In this document: positions 16,498 through 26,290 of the stretch, in pieces
Layout of the letters: each line of letters begins with the position of its first letter
Position numbering within the stretch: the first letter of the stretch is position 1
Assembly: GCA_017408535.1 (NCBI GenBank)
Contig: JAFQUL010000179.1
Span: 1-34,141, forward strand
Origin: Clostridia bacterium
Lineage (GTDB): Bacteria > Bacillota > Clostridia > Oscillospirales > CAG-272
Direction of reading: 5' to 3'
Length of the DNA stretch: 34,141 nucleotides
Notes under the pieces: model-generated
What the model was told of the DNA's origin: nothing
Seen by the model: only the letters and a program-made list of their open reading frames with translations
Databases searched by the model: none
Position numbers and translations under genes: made by a program

Positions 16498-16622
16498 GTT
16501 TTTTACTCCGTAGTTTACTTTGATAAAATTGTTTCGTCATATCGTACTATAATGATACCTTATATTTTGTCATAAAGCAATATTTAATTTCACGAAAAAT
16601 CTTTTTTCTCTGTTTTTGTCAA

Positions 16623-16651
16623 TTGATATAGATTTTTTTTAGGAGTATAAT
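16623..16651 (+). promoter_or_regulatory. Sigma-A-type promoter of the first ABC exporter
   Basis: TTGATA (16623-16628), a 17-nt spacer, then TATAAT (16646-16651). Confidence 0.6.
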
Positions 16652-16689
16652 TAAAGTGAAAAATATAACCCGGATTGTGAGGGATGTTT

Positions 16690-18741
16690 ATGGGACCCAG
16701 AGGATTTGGTCCGCCGCGTGGCTTCGGGCCTGACGAATCACTTAAGAAAAAACCTCCGAAGAAGCTGTCGGAGTGGCCTAAATATCTGCGTGAGCTGATA
16801 GGCGGCTTTTTCTTCAGACTTTTCTACGTTTTCGGACTTGTCTGGGAGACAAAGCCGTGGATACTGTTTCTGATGATGTTTATGGCCATATTTGACGGTG
16901 TTATGCCGATAGTGTCTGCTTTTATTTCAGCTGAGCTGCTCAATACCCTTGTAGCGGCGGTTAAGGGTGAGCTTAGCAGTCACTGGCCTATCGTCAATAT
17001 TCTCGTTTTACAGTTCGGTTACATAATCGGCACCAGCCTTGTAAGAAACGTGAGCAGCGCAATCACCCGTATGGCAAACGAGTTGGTTGTAAATCATATC
17101 AAGCTGAAGATATCAAACAAGGCCAAGACCCTTGACCTTAAGAACTTTGATATGCCGGAATTTTATGCAAAGCTTGAGAATGCAACGCGTGAGGCGGGAC
17201 ACCGTCCCATGCAGATACTCAGCTCTACCTTCGGGATCGTGAGTACCGTTATCAGTATGGTAAGCTTTATCATTATTCTGGTTGCGGTCAACGCCTGGGC
17301 ACCTGTGATTATAGCTATCCTTGCCATTCCTTCGGCTGTTGTCAACTTTGTCTTCAGAAAGAAGAATGTAAAATATATGCGCTTCCACTCAAAGGAACGC
17401 AGACAGATGGCGTATTACTCAAATCTCGTTACAGACAAAGAGGCTGCCAAGGAAGTAAGAATATTCGGTCTTGCCGACTTCTTTATTGACAAGTTTCAGA
17501 ATACCTTCTTAAAGTATTTTAAGGGACTTAAAAAGCTGATCATCACGGAGAATGCATGGCATATAGCGCTGACTATGGTAACGAGTGTAGTAAACTGTGC
17601 CTTGTTCCTCTATATCGCTCTCAAGGTTTATGACGGTCAGCTTGAGGTGGGTGACTACTCTCTCTACACGGGAGCGCTGAACTCGGTATCCTCCGGTATC
17701 TCGTCGTTTATATCTACCACAGCGACTATCTACGAGGGTGCACTGTTTATCGAAAACCTTATTATGTTCATGAAGGAGAAGGTCACAATAGTCCCTTCCG
17801 TTGAAGCCCCCGCAGTGCCGGATAAGGGTGTGGGCCATACCATTGAGTTCAGAGACGTCAGCTTCCGTTACCCGGGCACAGAGCGCTTCGTTATAAAGAA
17901 TATGAACTTCACTCTCCGTCCCGGTGAGACCTGCGTGCTTGTTGGCCTTAACGGTGCGGGTAAGACAACCCTTATCAAGCTTCTCACCCGTCTGTATGAC
18001 CCCACTGAGGGTGCTATATATCTTGATGGCAGGGATATAAAAGAGTATGACGTCAAGGCGCTTTACGATCTTTTCGGTATCATATTCCAGGACTTCGGTA
18101 AATATGCCTTCAACGTCAGAGAGAATATCTCCTTCGGTGAGATATCCGCTGATGTAAACGAAGAAAGGATAGAGTATTCCGCAGAGCAGAGCGATGCCGA
18201 CACCTTTATCTCAAAGCTTCCCGACAAGTACGATACCCCTCTTATGCGTATATTTGAGGAGAACGGAATAGAGCTGTCTATCGGTCAGTGGCAGAAGCTG
18301 TCTATAGCAAGAGCCTTTTACGGCGAGTCGGATATACTTATCCTTGACGAGCCGACCGCTTCTCTTGACCCTATGGCGGAGCAGGCGATATTCGATCAGT
18401 TTGACTCTCTTAGCCGCGACAAGACTACTATATTCGTATCACACCGTCTTTCCAGTGCTACCATTGCTTCAAAGATACTTGTAGTTGAGGACGGACAGCT
18501 GGTAGAGGAGGGAACTCACACCGAGCTTATGGCTCTCGGCGGAAAGTATTACACTCTCTTCTCCACTCAGGCAAACAGATATATCGAGAATTCACCCGAG
18601 AAGAGTGATGAGGCTCAGGAGTCCGCTCCTCCGCATATAGACGGAGCTCATCCCGCACCGAGAGGTCCTGTGCCGGGTATGCATAATGATCCTCACGGCC
18701 GCGGACCTTTTCCGCCGCCGTCCCACCGTCCTGAAAAATAA
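16690..18741 (+). CDS. ABC exporter, fused permease and ATP-binding protein (type I exporter fold) with Pro/Gly/Arg-rich N- and C-terminal tails
   Basis: The TMD is followed by an NBD with Walker A GLNGAGKTTL, the signature LSIGQWQKL and Walker B ILILDEPTASLD. I preferred the ATG at 16690 (GAGGGA RBS spacing) over 16684. Confidence 0.85.
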   Translation: MGPRGFGPPRGFGPDESLKKKPPKKLSEWPKYLRELIGGFFFRLFYVFGLVWETKPWILFLMMFMAIFDGVMPIVSAFISAELLNTLVAAVKGELSSHWPIVNILVLQFGYIIGTSLVRNVSSAITRMANELVVNHIKLKISNKAKTLDLKNFDMPEFYAKLENATREAGHRPMQILSSTFGIVSTVISMVSFIIILVAVNAWAPVIIAILAIPSAVVNFVFRKKNVKYMRFHSKERRQMAYYSNLVTDKEAAKEVRIFGLADFFIDKFQNTFLKYFKGLKKLIITENAWHIALTMVTSVVNCALFLYIALKVYDGQLEVGDYSLYTGALNSVSSGISSFISTTATIYEGALFIENLIMFMKEKVTIVPSVEAPAVPDKGVGHTIEFRDVSFRYPGTERFVIKNMNFTLRPGETCVLVGLNGAGKTTLIKLLTRLYDPTEGAIYLDGRDIKEYDVKALYDLFGIIFQDFGKYAFNVRENISFGEISADVNEERIEYSAEQSDADTFISKLPDKYDTPLMRIFEENGIELSIGQWQKLSIARAFYGESDILILDEPTASLDPMAEQAIFDQFDSLSRDKTTIFVSHRLSSATIASKILVVEDGQLVEEGTHTELMALGGKYYTLFSTQANRYIENSPEKSDEAQESAPPHIDGAHPAPRGPVPGMHNDPHGRGPFPPPSHRPEK

Positions 18742-18754
18742 ATGATAGTCAAGC

Positions 18755-18790
18755 AAAATGACCGAGGCTCAGCCCCGGTCATTTTATTTG
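18755..18790 (+). terminator. Intrinsic terminator after the first ABC exporter
   Basis: aaaatgaccg (18755-18764) / cggtcatttt (18776-18785), followed by atttg. Confidence 0.65.
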
Positions 18791-18848
18791 TCTACAAATA
18801 CGTCACAATGATAAATGATAATACGGTCATTTTTTTGCAGATTGCACA

Positions 18849-18877
18849 TTGATGAGGGGACAAAAAAAGTATATAAT
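18849..18877 (+). promoter_or_regulatory. Sigma-A-type promoter of the second ABC exporter
   Basis: TTGATG (18849-18854), a 17-nt spacer, then TATAAT (18872-18877). Confidence 0.5.
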
Positions 18878-18914
18878 ATTAATGATAAAAAAATGGAAGA
18901 AAAAAGGAGAAAAA

Positions 18915-20827
18915 ATGGCAAAAAATCAAGAAAAGCAGAGTAAAGTCAACTCTGCTATGCATCCGGATCCTACAGAAAAGCAGAAGCTTCCGAAGGATCT
19001 GAGAGAATGGCCTAAGTTTTTGCTTAGCCTTATGGGCGGGTTCTTTTACCGACTGTTTTACGTTGTACTTCTTGTGTGGGAGACCAATCCGCTGATCCTT
19101 TTCGCGATGATATTCATGTGCGTGTTCAACGGTGTTATGCCGATACTGTCCGCATTTATATCAGCTGAGCTGATCAATGCACTGGTGGGCGGTATAACCG
19201 GTGCGACTGAGTCTTTTTCAGCTGTTGCGGGACTTCTGGCACTCCAGTTCGGCTCATAATACTCAGCAGCGTGGTAAAGAACGTCAATACTGCCATTAAC
19301 CGTGTTTCAAACGAGCTGGTGGTAATGCACATCAGGACTAAGATCATAAACAAGGCAAAAACTCTTGATCTTAAAAACTTCGATATGCCCGAGTTTTACT
19401 CCAACCTGGAGAACGCCAACAAGGAGGCGGGACACCGTCCTCTCAACAGCCTGTCGGCTACCTTCAGTATGTTCAGCACCATTATCAGCATTGTAAGCTT
19501 TATTGTCATAATAGCCGCAATAAGCTCCTGGGCACCGCTTGTTATAATCATTATCTCTCTTCCCAGTGCCGCTATCAACTTCGTTTATAAGAAAAAGAAT
19601 GCAAACTATGCCCGCCGCAACTCCAAGCGCCGCCGTCAGATGGATTACTATACCGGTCTTGTTGTTAGCAAGGACGTGGCAAAGGAAGTAAAGATATTCG
19701 GTCTGGCCGACTTCTTTATAAACAAGTTCAAGACCGTTCATGCAAATTATTTTAAGGGACTTAAGAAGCTCATTTTTGCCGAGACCTTCTGGCATATAGC
19801 GCTCACGGCCCTTTCCTCTGTTGCCAACTGCGTCATATTCCTTTACATTGCTCATATGACGTTCAGGGGCGAGCTTCAGATGGGAGACTACACTCTCTAT
19901 ACCGGTGCGCTTAATTCCGTTTCCAGCGGTGTTTCCACCTTCATAACCACCACCGCTACAATTTACGAGGGCTCTCTGTTTATTGAGAATCTTATAGCAT
20001 TTATGCACGAGAAGACCACTGTCGTTCCTTCCATACCCGAGCCCGTTATTCCTCAGCGCGGCGGTCATACCATTGAGTTCAGAAACGTCAGCTTCAAGTA
20101 CCCCGGTACCGAGAGATACGTTACGAAGAACGTCAGCTTTACTCTCCACCCCGGCGAGACCTGCGTGCTTGTCGGTCTTAACGGTGCGGGAAAGACCACC
20201 CTCATCAAGCTTCTTACCCGTCTCTATGACCCCACCGAGGGTGTTATTCTCCTTGACGGCAGAGATATAAGAGAGTATTCAGTCGCCGAGCTTTACGATC
20301 TTTACGGTATCATCTTCCAGGATTTCGGTAAGTACGCTTTTACAGTTAAAGAGAATATCGCCTTCGGCCAGCTGTCAAAGGGAATAGTTGAGGATGACAT
20401 CCTGGCGGCGGCAAAGCAGAGTGACGCCACCGCATTTATAGACAATCTTCCCGGAAAATATGATACTCCTCTTATGCGTCTCTTTGAGGACGACGGTATC
20501 GAGCTGTCCGGCGGGCAGTGGCAGAAGCTGGCTATTGCCAGGGCCTGCTACGGTGATTCTGACATAGTTATTCTTGATGAGCCTACCGCGGCTCTTGACC
20601 CCATGGCAGAGCAGGAGATATTTAACCAGTTTGACGCTCTCAGCCGTGATAAGACAACTATATTCGTTTCTCACCGACTTTCCAGCGCTACCACCGCATC
20701 CAAGATACTTGTTCTTGAGGGTGGAGAGCTGGTGGAAGAGGGTACTCACAACGAGCTTATGGCTCTCGGCGGAAAGTATCACACCCTTTTCTCTACTCAG
20801 GCAAAGCGTTACATAGAGCATCAATAA
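18915..20827 (+). pseudogene. Paralogous ABC exporter (fused TMD-NBD) interrupted by a 1-nt frameshift at about 19254-19259
   Basis: ORF 18915-19259 (MAKNQEK..., AAAGGAG RBS) ends ...LALQFGS*. The homologous sequence continues in the -1 frame from 19256 (IILSSVVKNVNTAINRVSNELVV...), collinear with QFGYIIGTSLVRNVSSAITRMANELVV in the upstream paralog. The NBD motifs are intact (GLNGAGKTTL, LSGGQWQKL, IVILDEPTAALD). Confidence 0.75.
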
Positions 20828-20840
20828 TAGAATAAACCTA

Positions 20841-20888
20841 AAAAAGACCGCGTATTTGAGACTTTTTACGGCAAATACGCGGTTTTTT
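20841..20888 (+). terminator. Intrinsic terminator after the second ABC exporter
   Basis: An A-run, then accgcgtatttg (20847-20858) / caaatacgcggt (20871-20882), then TTTTTT (20883-20888). Confidence 0.85.
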
Positions 20889-21032
20889 ACTGAAATGATA
20901 AAAAATTTTGAAAAAAAGAAGGAAAAATGCTTTTTCGTTCGTATATTATATGCGAAAAAGGAAAATATAGCAGGAACGGAGTGACCTTGTACGAGCAATA
21001 TTTGTGACGTTTTCGTCGAAAGAGAAAAAAGT

Positions 21033-21998
21033 GTGCTCTCCCCATTCGCATTTCTTACTGCGAATACCAAGGGCAGAGATCATCCATACGTAAAATGTCC
21101 CAACAGAACAGAGTTTCAGCGGGACCGTGACAAGATCATACATTCAAGCGCATTTAGACGGCTGATGAACAAGACTCAGGTCTTTCTCTCGCCGGCTGAC
21201 GAGAGCTACCGTACCCGTATGACCCATACTCTTGAGGTAACTCAGATAGCCCGTATTATCGCAAGAGCACTGAGACTTAACGAGGACCTTACTGAGGCTG
21301 CTGCTCTCGGTCACGATCTGGGGCATACCCCCTTCGGTCATGCGGGAGAGGCGATCATGCAGCAGTGCTTTTCTCCCGAATTTACTCATTACAAGCAGAG
21401 CCTCAGAGTAGTTGAGTGTCTTGAGAAAAACGGTGAGGGTCTTAACCTTACCTATGAGGTGCGTGACGGTATAGTTAATCACACCGGTAATTCTATGGCA
21501 AGCACTCTTGAGGGCATCATAGTTAAGTTTGCCGACAGAATAGCCTATATCAATCACGATATTGACGATGCCTGCCGTGCGGGAATAATTACTCAGAACG
21601 ATATTCCGAGGGAGCTTATTGAGATACTTGGTGCAGGACACAGCGAGAGGATCAACCGTATGGTCACCTCGGTCATCAAATTCTCTACCGATAAAAATGA
21701 GATCGGAATGGAACCTGAGATACATACGGCTACCATGAAGCTCAGAGAATTTCTGTTTGAGACGGTGTACCACAATCCCACAACTCAGGCAGAGGAGAGC
21801 AAGGCAAAGGACGTTCTGGCAAGACTCTACGACTACTACGTTCAGAATCCGGACAAGATGCCAGATCCCTACTTAAAAAATACAGAAAAAGAACCGGTAG
21901 AGCGGTGTGTGTGCGACTTTATTGCCGCAATGACCGACCGCTTTGCAATAGAAAAGTATCACGAGTTGTTTATCCCCGTTATCTGGCGGGGTAAATAA
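21033..21998 (+). CDS. dgt: dGTPase-like HD-domain phosphohydrolase (short deoxyguanosinetriphosphate triphosphohydrolase-like protein)
   Basis: FQRDRDKIIHSSAFRRLMNKTQVF...YRTRMTHTLEVTQIARIIARAL...GHDLGHTPFGHAGE. GTG is the only canonical in-frame start after the stop at 20982, so the start is uncertain. Confidence 0.8.
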   Translation: MLSPFAFLTANTKGRDHPYVKCPNRTEFQRDRDKIIHSSAFRRLMNKTQVFLSPADESYRTRMTHTLEVTQIARIIARALRLNEDLTEAAALGHDLGHTPFGHAGEAIMQQCFSPEFTHYKQSLRVVECLEKNGEGLNLTYEVRDGIVNHTGNSMASTLEGIIVKFADRIAYINHDIDDACRAGIITQNDIPRELIEILGAGHSERINRMVTSVIKFSTDKNEIGMEPEIHTATMKLREFLFETVYHNPTTQAEESKAKDVLARLYDYYVQNPDKMPDPYLKNTEKEPVERCVCDFIAAMTDRFAIEKYHELFIPVIWRGK

Positions 21999-22030
21999 AC
22001 CGTTTAGTTGCTTTGAAAGGAGGGCAGACC

Positions 22031-23794
22031 GTGATAGATCACAGGATAATCGAGGAGATAAAGTTCCGCAACAACATCGAGGATGTTATATCTTCCTACG
22101 TTACCCTTAAAAGGGCGGGATCCAATATGAACGGCCTCTGCCCGTTCCATTCGGAAAAGACCCCATCCTTTACCGTATTTACCTCCTCCCAGAACTTTTA
22201 CTGCTTCGGCTGCGGGGCAGGCGGAGACGTAATTACGTTTATTATGAGGGCGGAAAATCTTGAATATCCGGACGCTGTGGAGTTTCTTGCAAAGCGTGTG
22301 GGTATCGAGATCCCGAGGGACAACGAGCCGTCTTCAAGAGGACCGTCCAGATCGAGAATAATCGATATGAACCGTGATGCGGCACGCTTTTTCCACACCC
22401 AGCTCTATTCAGAGGCAGGACGGGCGGGGCTTGACTATCTTAAAAACAGCCGTCAGCTCAGCGACTCTGTTATCAAGCGCTTCGGTCTCGGCTTTGCCCC
22501 CGACAGCTTCGGTGCAATCACCGACCATCTGAGGAGCAAGGGATATACCGAGGAAGAGATGCTCAGCGGCTTTATGTGCGGAAAGAGCAAGAAAAACGGC
22601 AAGCTGTATGACTATTTCAGAGGCAGAGTTATGTTCCCGATAATAGACGTTGCAGGAAACGTTATCGCCTTTGGCGGCAGGGTTATGGACGATTCTGTTC
22701 CAAAGTATCTGAACTCCTCAGATACTCCTGCCTTTAAGAAGAGCAGAAACCTTTTTGCCCTGAATTATGCTAAGAATAACGCAGAGGATCATATCATTCT
22801 GTGCGAGGGATATATGGACGTTATAGCACTTCATGCGGCTGGTTTTTCCTCCGCAGTTGCTACTCTCGGAACAGCAATAACCTCAGAGCAGGCGCGTATT
22901 ATATCCAAATACACAAAGAAGGTCATAATCTCCTATGACAGCGACGCGGCGGGGCAAAGGGCGGCTGACAAGGCAATCAAGCTGCTCAGCGAAGCCGGGT
23001 GTGAGGTCAAGGTACTGAAGATGAACGGCGCAAAGGATCCGGATGAGTACATAAAGAAATTCGGTGCCGAAAAATTTAAGGACCTTTTGTCAGGCAGCCG
23101 CGGCCGTTTTGATTTTAAGGTAGACTCGGTGCTTGCAGTACACGATATAACCCTGCCGGATGAAAAAATAAAGGCAAGTGACGAGCTGTGTAAGATCGCC
23201 GCAGAGGCATACTCTGAGGCGGAGAGGGAAGTATATATAGGCAGGATCGCCGAGGTGCTTTCCCTTCCACGTGACAGTATACGGGCAGACGTCCGCCGTC
23301 AGGTATCCCGCCGTACACGGGAGAGAAAAAAGAATGAGACGAGGAACGCATATCTGTCCGGCACCGGATACGGCGATAGAGTTAATCCCGATTTTGTAAA
23401 AAACGTTCATGCAGCCAGGGCCGAGGAAACGGTACTTGGACTTCTCCTCTCCTTTGAGGAGCACAGAAAGTTTTTTGCGGATGGCGGCTTTGAGCTTAGT
23501 GAGGATGATCTTGCAACTGAGCTTGGAAAGCGTATCTTCACCGTACTGAAGGAGGGTATCGATGCTACCGGAGCCTTTGATCTTTCAATTTTCGGTGACA
23601 GGTTCAGCGTAGAGGAGATGGGAAGGATCACAAAGATGCGTGTGTCAAGAGAACAGCTCACAGTCAACGACAGATCAGTCCTTCTTGATGCAGTCAGAGT
23701 TCTCAAAAGCGAGAGTGCGGCAAAAAGCGGCTCGGATGACGTTAGCTATGACGATCTGCTGTCTCTGATAAATAAAAAGAAAAAAGAAAATTGA
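22031..23794 (+). CDS. dnaG: DNA primase
   Basis: GTG at 22031 follows an AGGAGGG RBS. The zinc ribbon is [13 protein letters not shown]...[14 protein letters not shown] and the TOPRIM region is [12 protein letters not shown]...SYDSDAAGQ. Confidence 0.9.
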   Translation: MIDHRIIEEIKFRNNIEDVISSYVTLKRAGSNMNGLCPFHSEKTPSFTVFTSSQNFYCFGCGAGGDVITFIMRAENLEYPDAVEFLAKRVGIEIPRDNEPSSRGPSRSRIIDMNRDAARFFHTQLYSEAGRAGLDYLKNSRQLSDSVIKRFGLGFAPDSFGAITDHLRSKGYTEEEMLSGFMCGKSKKNGKLYDYFRGRVMFPIIDVAGNVIAFGGRVMDDSVPKYLNSSDTPAFKKSRNLFALNYAKNNAEDHIILCEGYMDVIALHAAGFSSAVATLGTAITSEQARIISKYTKKVIISYDSDAAGQRAADKAIKLLSEAGCEVKVLKMNGAKDPDEYIKKFGAEKFKDLLSGSRGRFDFKVDSVLAVHDITLPDEKIKASDELCKIAAEAYSEAEREVYIGRIAEVLSLPRDSIRADVRRQVSRRTRERKKNETRNAYLSGTGYGDRVNPDFVKNVHAARAEETVLGLLLSFEEHRKFFADGGFELSEDDLATELGKRIFTVLKEGIDATGAFDLSIFGDRFSVEEMGRITKMRVSREQLTVNDRSVLLDAVRVLKSESAAKSGSDDVSYDDLLSLINKKKKEN

Positions 23795-23828
23795 ACCGGG
23801 AGCATTATCCGGCGAAAGGAATAGATTT

Positions 23829-24938
23829 ATGGAAAAAGATAAGAAAAAGAAAACGGATATAGCCGATCTCATCGAGAAGGGTAAGGCTAAGGGTACTCTT
23901 ACCATTGAGGAGATAATGGAGGCTCTCGAGGACATTGATTATGACATAGACCAGATGGAAAAGGTATATGAGACCCTTGAGAGCAACGGCATTGAGGTCG
24001 CAGGCTTTGTAGCCGATGAAGAAGAGATCAATATCGAGGACGTTGAGAAGGACGTTGAGCAGCTTGAAAGTGCCGAGGATATGGAAAAGGCACTGACTCA
24101 GGAGGGACTTGCTATTGACGACCCGGTAAGAATGTACCTGAGGGAGATCGGTAAGGTGCCGCTGCTTTCCGCAGACGTCGAGGCAGTGCTTGCCGAGAAG
24201 ATGGCAGAAGGCGATGAGGTAGCTAAGAACCGTCTGGTAGAGGCAAACCTCCGTCTGGTGGTAAGCATCGCCAAGAGATACGTGGGTAAGGGCATGTTCT
24301 TCCTCGATCTTATCCAGGAGGGTAATCTCGGCCTTATGAAGGCGGTGGATAAATTTGACTTTAAGAAGGGTTACAAGTTTTCCACCTATGCTACCTGGTG
24401 GATCAGACAGGCCATTACCCGTGCTATCGCCGATCAGGCGAGAACCATCCGTATCCCGGTACATATGGTCGAGACTATCCACAGAGTATCAAGATATCAG
24501 CGCCAGCTTCTCCAGGAATACGGCAGAGAGGCAACCGACGTTGAGATAGCTGAAAAGATGGGTATGAGCGTCGATAAGGTAAGAGAAATAATGAAGATCG
24601 CACTTGATCCCGTTTCACTTGAGACTCCTATAGGTGAGGAGGATGACAGCCACCTCGGCGACTTTATCCCGGATGACGATTCTCCGTCTCCCGAGGAGGA
24701 GGTGTTCTCTGAGATGCTCAGAGAACAGCTGATAGAGGTGCTTCATACTCTTACTCAGAGAGAAGAGCAGGTGCTCAAGCTCCGTTTCGGTCTTGACGAC
24801 GGCAGACCAAGGACCCTTGAGGAGGTAGGTCAGGAGTTTAACATAACCCGTGAGCGTATCAGACAGATAGAGGCGAAGGCACTGAGAAAGCTCCGCCATC
24901 CCAGTAGATCAAAAATGCTTAAGGAGTACAGAAGATAA
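23829..24938 (+). CDS. sigA: Primary (group 1) RNA polymerase sigma factor, copy 1
   Basis: 369 aa. It has [11 protein letters not shown], region 2 [74 protein letters not shown] and region 4.2 [19 protein letters not shown]. It sits in the canonical position after dnaG. Confidence 0.9.
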   Translation: MEKDKKKKTDIADLIEKGKAKGTLTIEEIMEALEDIDYDIDQMEKVYETLESNGIEVAGFVADEEEINIEDVEKDVEQLESAEDMEKALTQEGLAIDDPVRMYLREIGKVPLLSADVEAVLAEKMAEGDEVAKNRLVEANLRLVVSIAKRYVGKGMFFLDLIQEGNLGLMKAVDKFDFKKGYKFSTYATWWIRQAITRAIADQARTIRIPVHMVETIHRVSRYQRQLLQEYGREATDVEIAEKMGMSVDKVREIMKIALDPVSLETPIGEEDDSHLGDFIPDDDSPSPEEEVFSEMLREQLIEVLHTLTQREEQVLKLRFGLDDGRPRTLEEVGQEFNITRERIRQIEAKALRKLRHPSRSKMLKEYRR

Positions 24939-26038
24939 TGAGTTCGGAAAAGAAAATCAATATAAATGAGCTGGTGGAGAAGGCAAAAGCCAAAGGTTCT
25001 GTTACAAGTGAAGAAATAATGGAGGCGCTTGGCGATTCCGACTACGATATAGACCAGCTGGAAAAAATATACGAGACTCTTGAGAGCAGCGGTGTTGAGA
25101 TATCCGGCTACGTTTCCGATATGGCGGACGATATGAAGGATATCGAAAAAGAGGTAGAGCAGCTTGCAAGTGCCGAAAATATGGAAAAGGCACTGATCCA
25201 GGAGGGGCTTGCAATTGACGACCCTGTAAGAATGTATCTGCGGGAGATCGGTAAGGTACCGCTTCTTTCTGCTGATGTAGAGAGTGACCTTGCCGAGAAG
25301 ATGGAGGCAGGTGACGAGAATGCAAAGAATCAGCTGGTAGAGGCAAACCTCCGTCTGGTGGTAAGTATCGCCAAGAGATACGTGGGTAAGGGTATGTTTT
25401 TCCTTGATCTTATCCAGGAGGGTAATCTCGGCCTTATGAAGGCGGTTGAAAAGTTTGACTTCAAGAAGGGTTACAAGTTCTCTACCTATGCTACCTGGTG
25501 GATCAGACAGGCGATCACCCGTGCTATTGCCGATCAGGCAAGAACTATCCGTATTCCGGTACACATGGTAGAGACTATCCACCGTGTGTCCAGATATCAG
25601 CGACAGCTTCTTCAGGAATACGGCAGAGAGGCAACTGACGTTGAGATCGCGGAGAAGATGGGAATGAGTGTTGATAAGGTAAGAGAGATAATGAAGATCG
25701 CACTTGATCCTGTTTCTCTTGAGACTCCAATCGGTGAAGAGGATGACAGCCATCTCGGTGACTTTATTCCCGATGAGGATTCTCCCGCCCCGGCGGACGC
25801 TGCATCCTACGCAATGCTCAAGGAACAGCTTGCAGAAGTGCTTCACACTCTGACAGAGAGGGAAGAGCAGGTGCTTAAGCTTCGCTTCGGCCTTGATGAC
25901 GGAAGGCCCAGAACTCTTGAGGAGGTCGGTCAGGCCTTCAATATAACCCGTGAACGTATAAGACAGATAGAAGCAAAGGCACTGAGAAAGCTCCGTCACC
26001 CCAGCCGTTCAAAGCGACTTAAGGACTATTTGGACTGA
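24938..26038 (+). CDS. sigA: Primary-type (group 1) RNA polymerase sigma factor, tandem paralog (copy 2)
   Basis: 366 aa and full length. Its ATG overlaps the copy-1 stop (TAATG). The core regions are nearly identical to copy 1 at the protein level, with many synonymous nucleotide differences. Confidence 0.85.
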   Translation: MSSEKKININELVEKAKAKGSVTSEEIMEALGDSDYDIDQLEKIYETLESSGVEISGYVSDMADDMKDIEKEVEQLASAENMEKALIQEGLAIDDPVRMYLREIGKVPLLSADVESDLAEKMEAGDENAKNQLVEANLRLVVSIAKRYVGKGMFFLDLIQEGNLGLMKAVEKFDFKKGYKFSTYATWWIRQAITRAIADQARTIRIPVHMVETIHRVSRYQRQLLQEYGREATDVEIAEKMGMSVDKVREIMKIALDPVSLETPIGEEDDSHLGDFIPDEDSPAPADAASYAMLKEQLAEVLHTLTEREEQVLKLRFGLDDGRPRTLEEVGQAFNITRERIRQIEAKALRKLRHPSRSKRLKDYLD

Positions 26039-26197
26039 TTCTTATGTGATTCATAAACAAAAAATATTGAACGCAATTGGGCAAGTATACCAAACTTGTT
26101 GTGTAAAACGTAGAAAAACGAACTTGAGAGTTGGTAAAAGTGCTTCTGTTGTGTGCTTTGTTTGGCTTTTTTTGGTGTCAGGGCACAAAAAAGTTTC

Positions 26198-26226
26198 TTG
26201 ACATATCACCTTTATTGGTGTAAAAT
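26198..26226 (+). promoter_or_regulatory. Sigma-A-type promoter of the lipoprotein/SBP gene
   Basis: TTGACA (26198-26203), a 17-nt spacer, then TAAAAT (26221-26226). Confidence 0.6.
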
Positions 26227-26290
26227 ATATTCTGTATTGTAGTGTGCTTTTTATCGCGCATTCACTTATTTCTAGAGGAGGAATCTCAAA

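Noticed and set aside
19250-19265. Programmed -1 ribosomal frameshifting at the ABC exporter break.
   Set aside because: There is no X_XXY_YYZ slippery heptamer and no obvious downstream stimulatory structure. A 1-nt deletion (pseudogene) or a sequence error is the simpler explanation.
19307-21070. Minus-strand ORFs 19307-20149 (280 aa) and 20375-21070 (231 aa).
   Set aside because: They are antisense shadows of the ABC exporter paralog. The second also runs through a strong terminator and the intergenic region. No motifs or RBS are present.
23805-25999. Long minus-strand ORFs (23805-24482, 225 aa; 24830-25999, 389 aa) antisense to the two sigA genes.
   Set aside because: They exactly shadow strongly supported sigma-70 genes. 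The GAR/AAR-rich sense codons leave the antisense frame free of stops. The translations are low-complexity Leu/Ser/His-rich with no motifs and no RBS.
23829-26038. The possibility that the tandem sigA pair is an assembly duplication artefact.
   Set aside because: The copies differ at many synonymous sites and have clearly different N-terminal and linker sequences. This is not what a collapsed or duplicated assembly of one gene would produce. Read-level confirmation is still advisable.
26039-26197. I searched the ~160-bp region after sigA copy 2 for an intrinsic terminator or small RNA. It contains a repeated tgttgtgt motif and a T-run at 26168-26174.
   Set aside because: I could not draw a stable GC-rich stem preceding the T-run. 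The evidence is too weak to call a feature.
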